Of a stretch of 64,000 nt of DNA, positions 1 to 51,550 are shown in pieces. Every line of letters starts with the position of its first letter. Positions within the stretch are counted from its first letter, which is position 1. The stretch is from the human T2T-CHM13v2.0 reference genome, Homo sapiens. The stretch lies in NCBI RefSeq assembly GCF_009914755.1, contig NC_060929.1; one strand, given 5' to 3'. Made by a program: the position numbers and the translations under genes. Below the pieces are notes generated by a model. That model had not been told where the DNA came from and made no database searches. It was given only the letters and a program-made list of their open reading frames with translations.

Positions 1-450
1 GGGCTCTGGTGGGGGACAGGACCCAGGGGGTGGTCAGGGGTCTGGGGGAGGGCAGCCCAAGGCAGGGATGCCTGCCATGGAGAGGCTGCCCCCTGAGAGG
101 CCACAGCCCCAGGTCCTAGCCAGCCCCCCAGTACAGAATGGAGGACTCAGGGACAGCAGCCTAACCCCTCGTGCACTTGAAGGGAACCCCAGAGCTTCTG
201 CAGAGCCAACACTGAGGGCCGGAGGGAGGGGCCCAAGCCCAGGGCTGCCCACTCAAGAGGCAAATGGGCAGCCAAGCAAACCAGACACTTCTGATCACCA
301 GGTAGGAAAACACAGCCGGCACTGCACTGGGCTGGGCTCTTATTGCTCTCTACTCTGGGGGGCACTGATAGGACCTACTCCTGGTCTCTCATTGTTGACC
401 CCTCCCCTTTCTCTCAGGTGTCTCTACCACAGGGAGCAGGGAGTATGTGA
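1..450 (+). CDS. RELL2: RELT-like protein 2, C-terminal coding exons (partial; gene begins left of the window). Segments <1-301 and 418-450.
   Basis: The frame from position 2 reads GSGGGQDPGGGQGSGGGQPKAGMPAMERLPPERPQ...KPDTSDHQ. Donor CAG|GTAGGA at 301/302 and acceptor ctctcag|GTG at 417/418 give VSLPQGAGSM*, with TGA at 448-450. This matches the RELL2 C-terminus as I recall it. Confidence 0.93.
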
Positions 451-1035
451 GGTGAGTCTGCCTGAGCCCTAAATGAGGTAATCTCATCTTCCCATCACCT
501 ACTTAAACTATTTAAGCCTTTCGGCTCCCTGAACCCCCAGAGTAAACTGCAGGCTTAGCCTTTGCTATAAATCCCTTGGTTTGGTGGTGGAGGTAGGGAA
601 GGTCCTGGAGCCCCAGGGGAAAAGCTGGACACAGCTTGAACAGGAAGCAACAGTGTTATTCTTCCTCTTCTCCAAGTCTCCTTCATTGTGCTGATGGACT
701 ACCAGCTGGCAGGGCCAGGGGGTGGGTGGGCGTGAAAGCCCTCCCCTCCACTGGACAGCACTGCCCCCCAGCTGAGGGACCAGCTCTACTTCCACCTGGA
801 GTTGCACAGTCTCAGGCTGGGGGCCTCAGGAGAGGTCACAGCCCCTCAGTCTCTTCTCCTTCCCCTGCCTGCAACAGGCTGCCTGCCCCGCCTTCCCCAA
901 CACCTCGCTCCATATGATAGAGCGTGGCAGCTGGGAGCAGGCCCCTGCCCGTGGTGGGCCCCTAAAGCAATAGCACCGTAGGCCCCCTGCCCTCTTAGCA
1001 CAAGAGGCCCAGGCCCTGGCCTGGCCTTCGTGCCC

Positions 1036-1041
1036 TTTATT
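1036..1041 (-). terminator. Poly(A) signal AATAAA on the minus strand (candidate proximal FCHSD1 site)
   Basis: TTTATT on the + strand, about 465 nt past the FCHSD1 stop codon. Confidence 0.55.
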
Positions 1042-1048
1042 CATTGTC

Positions 1049-1054
1049 AATAAA
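1049..1054 (+). terminator. Poly(A) signal AATAAA (RELL2)
   Basis: Canonical hexamer at the end of the probable RELL2 3' UTR. Confidence 0.8.
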
Positions 1055-1506
1055 TCCGCTCAGACCATTACAGCTGCTTCGCATCCTGGCTCCAGCTCCT
1101 GATTCCCAAGGCCTGTTCCTCTCCCCAGCCCAACCCCAGTGACCCTGGCATCCAGAGTGGGGTGGGTCATGGAGCCAGGGTGGGGAAAGAGGTGGGCCAG
1201 AACCACTAGAGACCTTGATGGATGGTTTCCAGCCCCAGAGATTTCAGGCATTTCACCACCCTAGATAGGGTCATGACAGAAGAGAAGGTAGTAGTTCCGG
1301 TCCTAGAGATGATAGAACAATGGGAAAAAAAGGAGTGGGTTCCAGCTCTAGAAATGGGAAGGGGCAAGTTTCCACCCTTGGAGGTGAGGGTGGAAATAAG
1401 GGCGATTCCAGCTTTTGGCTGTGTTGCTCTGGATCATTGATGGTGTGGTCTGACAGCTTGAAGATAGGGACAGCAGCATCACTGGGGGTCAAGGCTTCCC
1501 TGGCCT

Positions 1507-11640
<10,134 letters not shown>

Positions 11641-12119
11641 GGCATCTGAGTCAAGACGCCTAAGTTCTATTTGTAGTGTAACCACTGATTCAGCCTGTAA
11701 TTATTGATAATTATTCATTTGCATATGTAGATCCCCAGTCCCCGAGCTAATGATGAGGAATGGAGAGGAATTCAGTGTGTGACCAGGGAAACTGAGTCAC
11801 TGGGCACCTGAGCAAAGATGCATCTGACGAAGAGAGGGCTGGTCCCAGACCTTTTCCTAATTCCCGCTTAACTGGAAAAGCCAGCGTGAGCGGGGTGAGA
11901 AAGATGCCTGGATCCAGGAAGGAACCAGGCCCAAAGGGAAAAAGACTTGGCCCCACTGAAAACTAAACGATACCAGTGAGTCGGCGAGAGCTGGGAGATG
12001 CGCAGGAAGCCCCTGCCACCTTTAGGATCTTCCAGCCCTAGCACTGCTTCCTGAGGAGCCTCTCCCCAATTCCTCATCCTCCTCACCTAAGCTTCTTTGG
12101 CTCAGGCACCTGTCCCAGT

Positions 12120-13405
<1,286 letters not shown>

Positions 13406-13432
13406 GAGAATGGTAGTCTTTTGGTTCCCAGG

Positions 13433-13438
13433 TTTATT
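13433..13438 (-). terminator. Poly(A) signal AATAAA (ARAP3)
   Basis: TTTATT on the + strand, about 530 nt past the ARAP3 stop. U-rich sequence follows on the minus strand. Confidence 0.85.
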
Positions 13439-13964
13439 GACAATTACTCATCTATTTTTGACTCCCCGAGTCCCAGCTCCCAAACTCGCTCTCCCTACTC
13501 CAGGCTTCACGGTAGTCCCAGAATGTAGGAAGTGGGACAGGATAGACTTTAACATCACCCAGGCCTCTGGTTTCCAAAGCATTTTTTTTCTTTAATGCAG
13601 TAAAACCATTCCTTTAAAACCCAAAATCTCTCATGGAACCCCTACGTATCAAATATATAAAGCAGGAGCTGCCCTTGTTCAGGGATAATATGTGGGGCTT
13701 ATGGCTCTAAGAAACACAGTTTGACATTCACTGCTCTCCTTACTTCAGTTACCTCATGGTATAGATAAATGGGCTGGGCCCAGAGAGGGGCCATGACCTG
13801 TCCTGGGACACGCAGCCACTGAAGCCTTTAGTCCAGTGCTCCTTCCACAGCACCACACTGGATTCTGGAGTCTTTCCAGCCAGGGCAGAGGAAGCTGCAA
13901 CAGTGCCACGATAAGAGTTTCTGGGTCTTCTGGTACCTACCCTCTCAGACTGCTGGTCCTAGGG

Positions 13965-40515
<26,551 letters not shown>

Positions 40516-41859
40516 GGGGGCTCAGGCCATTGCTGGGGGGAGGGGCAGGGTGAAGGGAGGGCTCAGGCTGAGAATCCCCCTCTCTGCCCCAGAGTCTGAG
40601 GCCTGGACAGTGAGCACCAGCCTCCAATCTTCCTCCAAAGAAAGATGCTGAAAGGCCTGCGATCTGGAAGCAGAGCCATCCCAGAACAACAGCAATGGCT
40701 CTCTACTTAGGGAAGGGACTTCATTTGAAGTTAAGGAAACTGAGGCCCAGAGAGGGGAAGGGGCTTGCCCCAGGTTCACAGTAAGTCAGTGCTAGAGTTG
40801 GCCCCTCAGTTCCTGCCCACCCTGGGTCTGGGTCAAAGCTCTGCTCCTGCCTGACTGCACATCCAACTGAGTAAGCATGGGACAAGATGCTAGAATGCTG
40901 TGGGTCAGAGTGGGATAGGGAGATGCAGAGGAGGGGCCAATGATGTGGCCAATCAGCTCTGGAGTAAGGTAGGGAGAGGGGCAGCCTAGATAGGAGGAAG
41001 GAGGTGCAGACGCCCCCTCCCTCTTGTTTCCAGAGCCGATGTATGCAGGCCTGCCGTCCTAATCCTGGTTGTTCCCAGTCCCTCCTCCCCTTCCACCTAT
41101 TGTCTCTGCTCAGACTTCCTTCCTGTCCCTCCAGCCCTGGCCGCCTCCACATCCTGCCTGCTTTGGTCAGGCTGCCGGGAGAGCCCTAACCAGTCCTAAT
41201 GTGTGGGGTCCCGGCCCTGGGTGGAGGCTAATTGAAGAATAAGGATGGGGATGCCAGAGAGATGAGGCCTGACCTCTGGTCAGGGGTACTCCAGAGGCTT
41301 CTGGACTCTCTGCCCACCGGCAGCATGTTCACATGCTGTTCACCTGTGTGTGCACATGCCCTGTAGCGATTTGGCAGTGTGAAATGCCATCCCCCCACCT
41401 CTGCTTTCTCCAAGCCTTCCTTTTCTGAGCTTGCCTTTTCCCTGCTCATTCCCTTGGGCTCAGGTCTCTGTGCTCTGTCCCCCTTCCACCAGCCTGACCC
41501 CGACCCTGACCCTGGTCTATTTCATAGACCTGTCTCTAATTCTGTGGCCCCTGAGTTTTATCTCTGCCTTGTCACTGTCCCTGCCCCATTCCATCTCAAC
41601 CTCTCAATTCTTCTTTGTCCCTCTCCTTTTCCCACCCTGTTTTGCTCTCTGTTATTAAGCTTGTCCTTGACTCAGTCTACAATTCTAACCAGATCTTGAG
41701 TTGTATCTGTGTCTCTGTCTGCCTCTGAGCCTGGGTTTCTGTCTTCCGCCTCGGCCTAGGCTCTCTCCCTGTTACTCTTGTGCTCTGTCGGTGACCAGGA
41801 CGCCCTCTCCGTCCCAGCATCACTGCTGGCCTCCCTCTGCCTCTCTCCAGCTGGGCCTC

Positions 41860-42560
41860 ATTCCCAAGCCAGGGCCCGCGTGCTGAGCCTCGGGCCCTGA
41901 CTCAGGGCCCGGTTTCCCGGTGACTCAGGCCGGGCTCGACAGCACGGGGCTGGGAGCTGAGGTGCTCGCGGGACAGGAGTGGCGGGGGCGGGGCGGGCAG
42001 TGGCGGGCAGCGCAGGCTGCGACGAGGGAGGGGGCGAGGAGGGATGGGGCAGAGGCCGGGCAGCAGGAGGGAGGGGCGGGTCGTGGCAGGGATGGGGAGG
42101 GCCGCCGGCGCCGAGGGGGCCTGGGAGCCCACGAAGGCCCTCGAGAAGGTGATGGGGAGGAGTCTGGGAAGCAGGGACCCGGGGGGCGCGGGGGTCCTCA
42201 CCTCACTACGCGGCCGCCGTCCGCTCGCGGGTGCCCGCCGCTCGTCCGAGGTTCTGGGTCCCGCCGCGCCGGCCCCGCCTCCCCTCTGCCCTCCCTCGAC
42301 GGGCCCAGCCCCGCCCCGCCCGGCCGGTTCCCTCCGCGGGGCCCCGGCCACTCCTTGTGCAAGCGCAGGCCTCCAAAGGGTTTGGGCTTCTTGCCCAACC
42401 GCCGCGCTTATCTCCGAGTCTGCCCCCAGTCTGCCCTCTCGCAGGCCGAGAAAGGACCAGAACACGTTGGGACGAAGACAACCTCAGGGAGAGGGACAAA
42501 GAGGCAGAGACCGGGACGGAGACTGGGACGGAGGTAGAAACTGAGAAAGGGAGAGTGCCA
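41860..42560 (-). promoter_or_regulatory. ARAP3 CpG-island promoter
   Basis: Very high GC and CpG content, tandem GC boxes (CCCCGCCCCGCCC at ~42308-42322) and G-run clusters at ~41980-42040. Confidence 0.88.
42202..42260 (-). other. ARAP3: ARAP3 non-coding exon 1 (5' UTR); upstream boundary approximate
   Basis: Donor CGTAGTGAG|GTGAGG at 42202/42201 inside the CpG island. It would splice to the acceptor cccag|CAATGGCCTGAGCCCCCATG at 40532. Confidence 0.75.
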
Positions 42561-43130
42561 GGGACGGCTTTGCATCCTCTCCGCTGCTCCCATGCCCTCC
42601 AGTCCTGCCAAAAGGGAGGAGGAAAGGTCGAGCCCTAATCCCCCAGGGCAACTCTCCCACGCCCGGAAGGGTGGCTGGACCCTGGCAACCAGTTTAGTGT
42701 GGGGACGGAAGCTGGACATCCAGAATTGAGACTTGGCCTGGGCAACAAGCGCAGAGGCCCAGCAGAGGGGTACCCGTCTGTTTCTCCCCACTTCCATCCC
42801 CAAGGGCCCGGCCTAGGTTCCTTCGAGGGATGAAGGTCCGCAAGGCACATCCCTACTTCCAAACCAAGGTTTGGGGCTGCCTTTTTGGGACAGGCGGACG
42901 CCCTGCAAGCTCAGTGACCAAGCAAGCAGCTGTTTCATTCATGGGAGAAGCCGCCCCTTCTCCCCAACTCCCACCCTAAAATTTCAGGGGGGATGCCGGG
43001 GAGGCCTGAAGAGGAATGGCCCTTCTCTCCTTCGCTAATCTTGCCGGAACCCCGGTCCTGGAGCCTGTCTCCCAGGGGCGGAGGCACTTCCCTCTCTGAG
43101 CAGGACCAGTGTTTGGGTGTGGGGGGGGGG

Positions 43131-43134
<4 letters not shown>

Positions 43135-43188
<54 letters not shown>
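43135..43188. repeat. (TG)n microsatellite about 0.9 kb upstream of ARAP3 exon 1
   Basis: Uninterrupted TG run preceded by a G tract. Confidence 0.97.
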
Positions 43189-43195
<7 letters not shown>

Positions 43196-43736
43196 TGGGG
43201 GTGGCGGGGGCGCTGGCCGGCTGTGTTTTCCTGTTTGTATGAGAGGAAGTTGGCTGTGAGTCAGCAGACACAGGAACTGTCAGTAGCTAGGGGAAGACCC
43301 CTGCCTCAGGGGAAGAAGAGGGGAGTGGGAGGAAGTGGTTCCCACCTCTTCCAGCTGCCTCAGCTAGGGGAGGGACTGTCATCTTCAACCTACTGGAGCC
43401 CCACTTTCCCGGCCTTCCCTTTGAGAAAGAGAATTATAGTAATAAAATAATAATTGCAATAGCCATAATAAGGGCTACCAATTATTGAGAGCTGACCGTG
43501 CTCCAGGATCTATGTAAACATTGCTTTGCAAACTTTAATCCTCACAAATATCCCTACAAATAGGAAATTTTATCACCTCTATTTTACATATAAGGAGACA
43601 GGGAGCATTAAATAACTTGCTCAAGACTCTGCAGCTAGAAAATAGCCAACCCTCCAAGTCTATATCTATAACTACCATGCTCACCTACCACCCTGGACAG
43701 GACCCCTGCACCATGTCCTTTTTTTCAGATGGGCAA

Positions 43737-44130
43737 CTGTGGTGGCAGTGAGAATGCTCCTCACAGATCTTACACTGTGAGGAGTGAAATTAACCAATGG
43801 CCCCAGCTGCTTCTCTCTGAAATCTAAGGCCAGCTTCCCACTGGGCTGCTCCCAGCCAGTGACAGAGCTCAGCAGAGATCTAAGGCAGACCCATTCCTGG
43901 GAGATAGGGGACTCCTTTGACAGCTGACTTTGGATCAAGATTTCCCAATGGCTTTGCTGAACTTTCCTTTGACTGGTGTTTTAGGATGCTCCTCTCAACC
44001 TTTATTCCTTCCCTCTCTCCTTCACAGCTCTCCTAGCTCCAGGCTCCCTTCCTCTCTCACAGGCATCTCCCCTAGTCAAATCCTTGCATTCTGCCTTGGC
44101 AGCTTCTTCTTTAAGGACTCAGACTAACCC
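43737..44130. mobile_element. MLT1-type (ERVL-MaLR) LTR remnant
   Basis: Starts tgtggtggcag and ends ttggcagcttcttctttaaggactcagactaac, resembling MLT1 LTR termini. Confidence 0.5.
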
Positions 44131-44218
44131 AGCAAAATAAGGGAGCAGGAAAAGACAGTAAAGGGCACAGGGAGTTTTGAGGAATGGATGCCGGGGAGTT
44201 TGGGTCAGGGGCTAGATG

Positions 44219-44670
44219 CAAGAGTTCTGAACCTTTTTGTGCCATGTTCTCCTTTGGCAATACGGTAAAGTATGTGGTCTCATCTCAGAATAATATTTTA
44301 AAATGCATAAAATAAAATATATAGGATTGCAAAGGAAACCAATTATGTTGTAATACACATATAAAACCGATGTGATATAGTAATATATGTGCTTCTTTAT
44401 TAATGCTTTAAATAAGATCTAGTGGTAGGTTGATACCTCACATAACTTTGATGCAGTGATGAGCATAAATGGTATTTCAAAAGATCTGCAATATTGTAAT
44501 ATGATATAAAAATATATGTGATTTCTACTGGTGACAAAGCCATAGTTATGGCTAAAATGACTGGTTTGTTGCTATTGTCATAATTGGAGGAAATGTTAAA
44601 TTTCAGCTAGAGATTAGTGAAAGTAATATTCTTTTCCCATCCAAGTCCACTGACTCCAAGTTAAGGACAC
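44219..44670. mobile_element. hAT-Charlie DNA transposon (MER119-like)
   Basis: gttctgaacctttttgtgccatg...ctcagaataatattttaaaatgcataaaataaaatatataggattgcaaaggaaacc ... aagttaaggacac. Confidence 0.65.
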
Positions 44671-44754
44671 CAATGCCAGATGATGGGGCAGAGCCACAGA
44701 GAGGGAGACCTGGCTTCCTCCCTCAGACCCCACTTCCCTTCTTTGGCTCAATGA

Positions 44755-45036
<282 letters not shown>

Positions 45037-45250
45037 TAATCTTAACACATAGGACAAAAGGGACACTAGTGAGCAGAGGAAGAGGAAGAATGAAGCAATG
45101 AGGAGATGTGGAAGGGAATTCTTCAATAGCCCCTTCCATGTCTCGATTTGTTCCCCACTCAAATGATAGACTATTAAGCCACAATCACTTTGGAGGCCAC
45201 TTTGTTCACCAAAAGTGGATGGTATGCAGTAATTAAGAACAAGGTCTCTC

Positions 45251-45580
<330 letters not shown>

Positions 45581-46161
45581 GTCAACAAAAAAACAGTCTC
45601 TAAAATAAAGCCCTGATGCCACCTCTACCAGCTGTGACCTGAGCAGATTATTCATCTCTATTTTGCCCTGTGTGCCTCAGTTTCCTTTTCTGAAAAAAGG
45701 AGAGAGAATAGTGCCTGACAGGGTTGTAAAGATTAATCTATGGAAATATATGGGTAATATGTGGAAAGGACCTGACATTCAATGAGTGCTCAAAGTGTTT
45801 CCTGTTCCTTGTTCCTATTTTTGCCAGTTACTTCCATGATAACTCTGGTATGCACCCAGCTTGCCTGTTTCTTCATCACTCTGGCATATCCCGTTACCTA
45901 TTTTAATCAATCAGCCTGTGGCATCCTATTGCCAAATTAGACCACATTGTACCCCTTGTATTTTCCCCAGGGTCCCCAGTTGTCATCTTGTCTGTTCCAT
46001 CACTTTTGTAACTCAATTTCCTGTCACCCCTGCAACTCCTGATCGCCTCCATGGTCTCCAGTGGCCTCCAGGTCACACTCCTTTCCTGCCCTTACCCTCT
46101 GGATGGTAAAAGGCACAGCCATCACCCACATTTGGTCCTGATGAGATGGGACAGGGCCTAG

Positions 46162-46648
<487 letters not shown>

Positions 46649-47566
46649 TGAGACATTTATCAAACAACCCCCAAATAAATGTGTAATTACAAACCAAGAT
46701 GAATTTTCTGAAGGGAAGCACTGTAAGAGCATATAACAGAGGCAGCTGACCTGGCCTGGGGGTCTGGGAGGCTTCTGCAGGGAGCTCTGCTTAAGTTGAG
46801 ATCTCAGAAAGATGGGTAGGAGTTAAGCGGGATGGGAGGGAGTGTTCTAGGCAGAAGAACCACGAGTGCAAAGGCCCTGAGGTAGGAGTCAGCCTGGTGA
46901 GGAAGGGAGACAGATCAAAGAGACAGGGAGTTTGGGACCAGCTGAGACTGAAAGGATCTCAGGGGCCAGGCCATGCAGGCCCTTGGAGGGCTTGTATGAG
47001 ATTTGGTCTCCATGCCAGGAGCCATGGGGAGCCAGGGAAGAGTTTAAGCATGGGGCAATAGACTCATGAATTTAGGTTTGAATTTTAGGAAGATGGCTGC
47101 ATGGAGACTGGTTAGGGTCAGCACAGCCCTCCCTACCCCTAATTCCTCTGGCCTGAGGGCTGTGCCATTTCCCCCTAGACTCCAGAGCTACCCTCCAGGG
47201 AGCCCCTTCCCACTTCCCTCCTCACATTTTTGTGAGGATGAAGTCATCATTGAGGAGAGGAGGGAGTTCCAGGCCTCTACGCCTTCTTTATCCTGGAGAA
47301 CTGGGGCAGCCCTGGGGTCAGGGGGAGGGAAGGAACAAACACAGAACACCTCCCTTCCCCTGCATCCTCATTCCCATGACTGGGCCCTGTCTCCTTCCAC
47401 CCTAGGCTATTGACATGAGCTGTATTTACAAGATTTTTAATGCAATTTTACTGCAAAATGTTTTATAAAGGGTATCTAGTACTACAGCTAGTACTAACTC
47501 CCCTTAGGGCTTGGGGCAAGTCATCTCTCTTTGGGTCTCAGTTTCTCTATACATAAAATTAATGGC

Positions 47567-47765
47567 AGTGCTGTTTGATAGAATTTCCTGCAATGATGGA
47601 CCGTGTTCTCTATTTGTGCTGTCCAATATGGCAGCCGGTAGCCACATGTGGCCATTGAGAGGTTGAAATGAGGTTGGTGAGCCAGAAGAGCTGAATATTT
47701 AATTTAATTTAATTGTAATTAATTTAAATTTAAACAACCACTGGCTGCCAATATTGGACAGCACA
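47567..47765. mobile_element. MER3-like hAT-Charlie DNA transposon
   Basis: cagtgctgtttgatagaatttcctgcaatgatgga...tgtgctgtccaatatggcagcc...agccacatgtggcc...atattggacagcaca. Confidence 0.8.
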
Positions 47766-48342
47766 GGCAAATCTTAAACTTTTTTGAGACTCTGGTGACA
47801 GTTATGGATCTCTCCCTAGAAAAACACCCTGCACCCAACTCTCAAAGACGAGGGCCCTTCCAATCCTATTTATGCATCCCAGGCAAAGCAGACTGTAGAC
47901 TGCTGGGGCTCAGGTCCCTCATCTCCTCTTCCCTTCCTGCTGCCTTGAAAATGCTGAAATAGGGCTTTGCCTAGAGGCAGGAGAATGACAAGGATGACTC
48001 CAGGAATTAGCAGACCTTTGTTTAAAGCTTCTGGTGCACCACTGCACACATCTAAAGAAAGACAGAAGAGTGAAAGCAGGGGTAGGTGCAAGGAGAGTAT
48101 TAGGGATATTTGGACATGCTCAGTCTCTGCCCTACCTCCCTGCAAACCACCAAATTGCTGCTGGGCCAGTCCTTTTTTGGACACAAAACTCCATCGGAGT
48201 GTGAGGCTGTACTCCAGATATGGGGTTGTGCCCTGGGCATGCAGTATTTATGAACTGGGGCTTTGGGAGTGACCAGAGGGGGTGGGGGGGGGGGGCTATC
48301 TTAGTCCATTTGCATTGCTGTAACAAAATACCGGATACTGGG

Positions 48343-48635
48343 TTATTTATTTATTTATTTTTTATTTATTTACTTTTTGAGACAGTCTCACTCTGTCGTC
48401 CAGGCCGGAGTGCAGTGGCACTATCTGAGTTCATTGCAACCTCCGCTTCCCAGGTTCAAGTGATTTTCCTGCCTCAGCCTCCCAAGTAGTTGGGATTATA
48501 GGCATGTGCCACCATGTTTTGCTAATTTTGTGTTTTTAGTAAGGACGGGGTTTCACCATGTTGGCCAGGCTGGCCTCGAACTCGTGACCTCCGCCAAAGT
48601 GCTGGGATTACAGGTGTGAGCCACCGTGCCCAGCC
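48343..48635 (-). mobile_element. Alu (AluS) with an internal deletion, next to a short MST-like LTR fragment (~48297-48342)
   Basis: Antisense Alu preceded by tatcttagtccatttgcattgctgtaacaaaatac. Confidence 0.88.
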
Positions 48636-48949
48636 AACCGTTTACTCACTCTTGATGTTTTCACTGTCCAGAGCATCTGTGGGTCAGACACTGCCCCCAC
48701 CCAGGAATATGGAGCCCTGAAGGTGTCAGGAGAATGCACTCCCTGCCTTGCATGGATGCAGTTGTCTACTCCTTGGGAGAAAGATAATATTTTTCTCCCT
48801 TCTCACTTCTAGGATCTAATCACTCTCTCCCAGAAAACTCACTGCACAGACCCATTTACAGGGGGCAGTTTTCACTGGGACTTAACTTCCTACCCTCTGA
48901 TCTCCCCACTCGATTTCTTGACCATGCCTGCCCCTCCCTCATTGCTCAG

Positions 48950-51550
48950 ATGTCCATCTATACTTTCTCTCCCATCTGGAAAGTAGTTGCTTGGTTCCTG
49001 TCCCCCGGGGTCTCCATTTCTTTGGCTTCAGCAGAGATGCTGGACTGGTTAAACTCAGGCTCCAGTGGTGACCACAGTGTGGGACACAGACGGGGAAACA
49101 GCTTTCAGGAATCCCTTTGTCTTAGGTCTTTGAGAAGCAGAGCCTGTGGTCAGGATTCAGGTGGAAGCCCTGAGCTGAGGGAGAGGAAATGGAGGATGCA
49201 AGGTGAGACAGTGCGGTGCCTTCCTGTCCTGCCCTGCTTCACACAAGCCCCTCAGAGACACTGCTGGCTACTCAGCAGGGGTGCTCTCTCTCGGCACGTG
49301 GGTGGGACTTCTCCAGAAGGTAAGGAGGAAATCCACCTTGGAGCAGTCCTCAGCTCCCACCCATGACCTGTCTCCCATGGGTCAAGGTTCACCCCACAGA
49401 GTCACCTTCCCATGCTTCTGGGTTCTGTTACCCAGCCCTTGGTGGCACTTGGAAACCAGGTTCCACACTGTACAGTGTGGCATTTTATCTAAGTCTGAAA
49501 GTAGAGGAGGAGGTAGTGAAGGAATTTGAGAAGAAAGGTTCATGTCTCAGGGCAGCCCATTTCTCATGCCACTGAGATCCACTCAAGTCCTCCCATTATA
49601 CCTGACTTCTATGCCACCCTACAGGGCATTTTCCCCCACAGGGACAAAGTTGCCCTCACTCTTTCCTCATGAGGGAAAGTACAGTCCACTGGAATCAAGT
49701 CCCCTTCCAGAAAATGCCAGATGTGGTCTTAAGGAAGATAAAGAGGAGAGGGCTAATGAAGCAAGCTACAGTCCCACTGCTGTAGCGTGTCTTGAGTCCA
49801 TAATTGATATTCTCTCCCTCCTTCCGTGACCCTCCGCTAGCCCTCTGCAGATCTGGGCTACTTGCCTGATGAGATTATACAGACGTTCATCCCCAAGAGA
49901 TCTGATGCCTTTGTTGCCCTGTCCTTTTAGAATTGTTGTTGAAGTTGTCCATTGGCAATTACTACCGGGTGGGAAGTTCCAAGAGATGCCACAGCGAATC
50001 CCCTGGCTGGGGCCAGACTCCCCGCCTTCATTGCATCTATGCACATTGTATCTACAGCCCTGGTTCCTCATGGCCATCAGGATCAATGGCCCTGGCCAGC
50101 ACATTAATGCCCTTCTTTGTCTATTAGCCCACTAGAATGAGGAGCATAAGGTGGCCACGTGGCTGTCACAGCTTCCAGTTTAGTGGAAACTACTGTGTTC
50201 TTTCATATAAGTTCTCCCTTCCTGGCAACTAGAAACTCGAATTGGCAGAGCCACCAGTTTTGGGGACAGAAAGCAAATATTCTACAAATGTGAATGAGAT
50301 GGGCCACGTCCACTTCCACATTTGACTCCAGGACTGGCAATTTCTATGTATAAGGAACATAGTACTGGTCAAAACAAATACCGCATCAAGGAGTTGAGGG
50401 CCCCAACCCACAGGTGTCATGTTCCTGCCAGTGTCTTCACTGAGCATTCAACAGGCTGTCCCCTTGTCCCATCAGGCTGGCAGCTTCTAGGTGATGAGGA
50501 GCAACCAAGCGAGCCCAATGACTCTGTTGATCGGCATCCCATACACCATATACAAAGATGAACTCAAAAATGGATCAAAGACCTAAATGTAAGAGCAGAA
50601 ACTATAGAAGTCCTTGATGACCACATTATTGTACTTTTTTGGTAAAAACACTGTGGAAGACAAGCCTGAATCTGGAGCATGCACTGTTGCCAGTAAGAAC
50701 GAATTACTGTCCCCTCCAGAGTAGAAAGAATAGGGTCAGTGTAACTGATCTGCAGCCAGAGGCTTGGCTGGTCTTCTGAGGAAGAGAGCCTTCTGAGGGA
50801 GGGCCCAGCACTGGTCTTGGCTGCAGGCAGGTTGAGTGATCAAAGTGGTAGAACTAGCTCATCCTTGGTGAGAGGGAGCCCATGCTGTTGGGCTCATACA
50901 TAGCCTCCATCTCTGGTAGCATGACTACTCTGTTCAAGGGCTTTTGAGCAGGCATTCAGGGTAGACAGGGAGAGAGATTCACTCACCAGGCGAATCATTG
51001 TATCTCTGTGGAGCGTGTCCTGGCAAAAGATGCTCTGCTGGTTGTTTACCTGAGACCCAGAGGTTTGCACACTTGGTGCTCACTCTCAGTCCACCCATCT
51101 ACCTCTTTCCTAGACCACTTTGTCACTTGCCTTTGGCTTTTGTTCCTTTGGGCTCCTGACTAGGGGACATTCACTATTCCACAGGAGCCAGGGAATTTGC
51201 ACACTTGGTGCTCACTCTCAGTCCACCCATCTACCTCTTTCCTAGACCACTTTGTCACTTGCCTTTGGCTTTTGTTCCTTCGGGTTCCTGACTAGGGGAC
51301 ATTCACTATTCCACAGGAGCCAGGGAATATCCACAACTCAGGCTATTTGTTCGTTTAGAGAAAGCTAACGCCCAAGTGTACTGCTCAAAGCTTTGCACCC
51401 TGGAACCTCCCTTCCCCACTGTCCTTTAGGGCTACGCCAAGACGGCCATAATGTGGCAGCAATCCATTTCTAACTCTCACCAACATATCACACTGACCAT
51501 CTGTGAACCAGGGCTGAGTCCCTTCCTCATCTAGCATTTGACCACAGGGA
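48950..51550. mobile_element. Probable decayed ERVL/MaLR internal sequence, with a short L1 ORF2 fragment at ~50540-50615
   Basis: General resemblance to MaLR/ERVL internal consensus, with no intact ORF. The L1 piece cacaccatatacaaagatgaactcaaaaatggatcaaagacctaaatgtaagag-like sequence is clear. Confidence 0.4.
51064..51327. repeat. 132-bp direct tandem duplication (2 copies, 2 mismatches)
   Basis: 51064-51195 and 51196-51327 are identical except ccttTgggCt versus ccttCgggTt. Confidence 0.95.

Larger units (their letters stand above)
677..1075 (+). other. RELL2: Probable RELL2 terminal 3' UTR exon
   Basis: Donor TGAG|GTGAGT lies one base after the stop (451/452). A pyrimidine-rich acceptor ttattcttcctcttctccaag| ends at 676, and AATAAA is at 1049-1054. 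The 3' end is approximate. Confidence 0.65.

Noticed and set aside
41902-42803. Overlapping 130-205 aa ORFs on both strands at the ARAP3 promoter
   Set aside because: Stop codons are scarce in GC-rich islands, and the products are low-complexity G/R/P/A with no recognisable domain.
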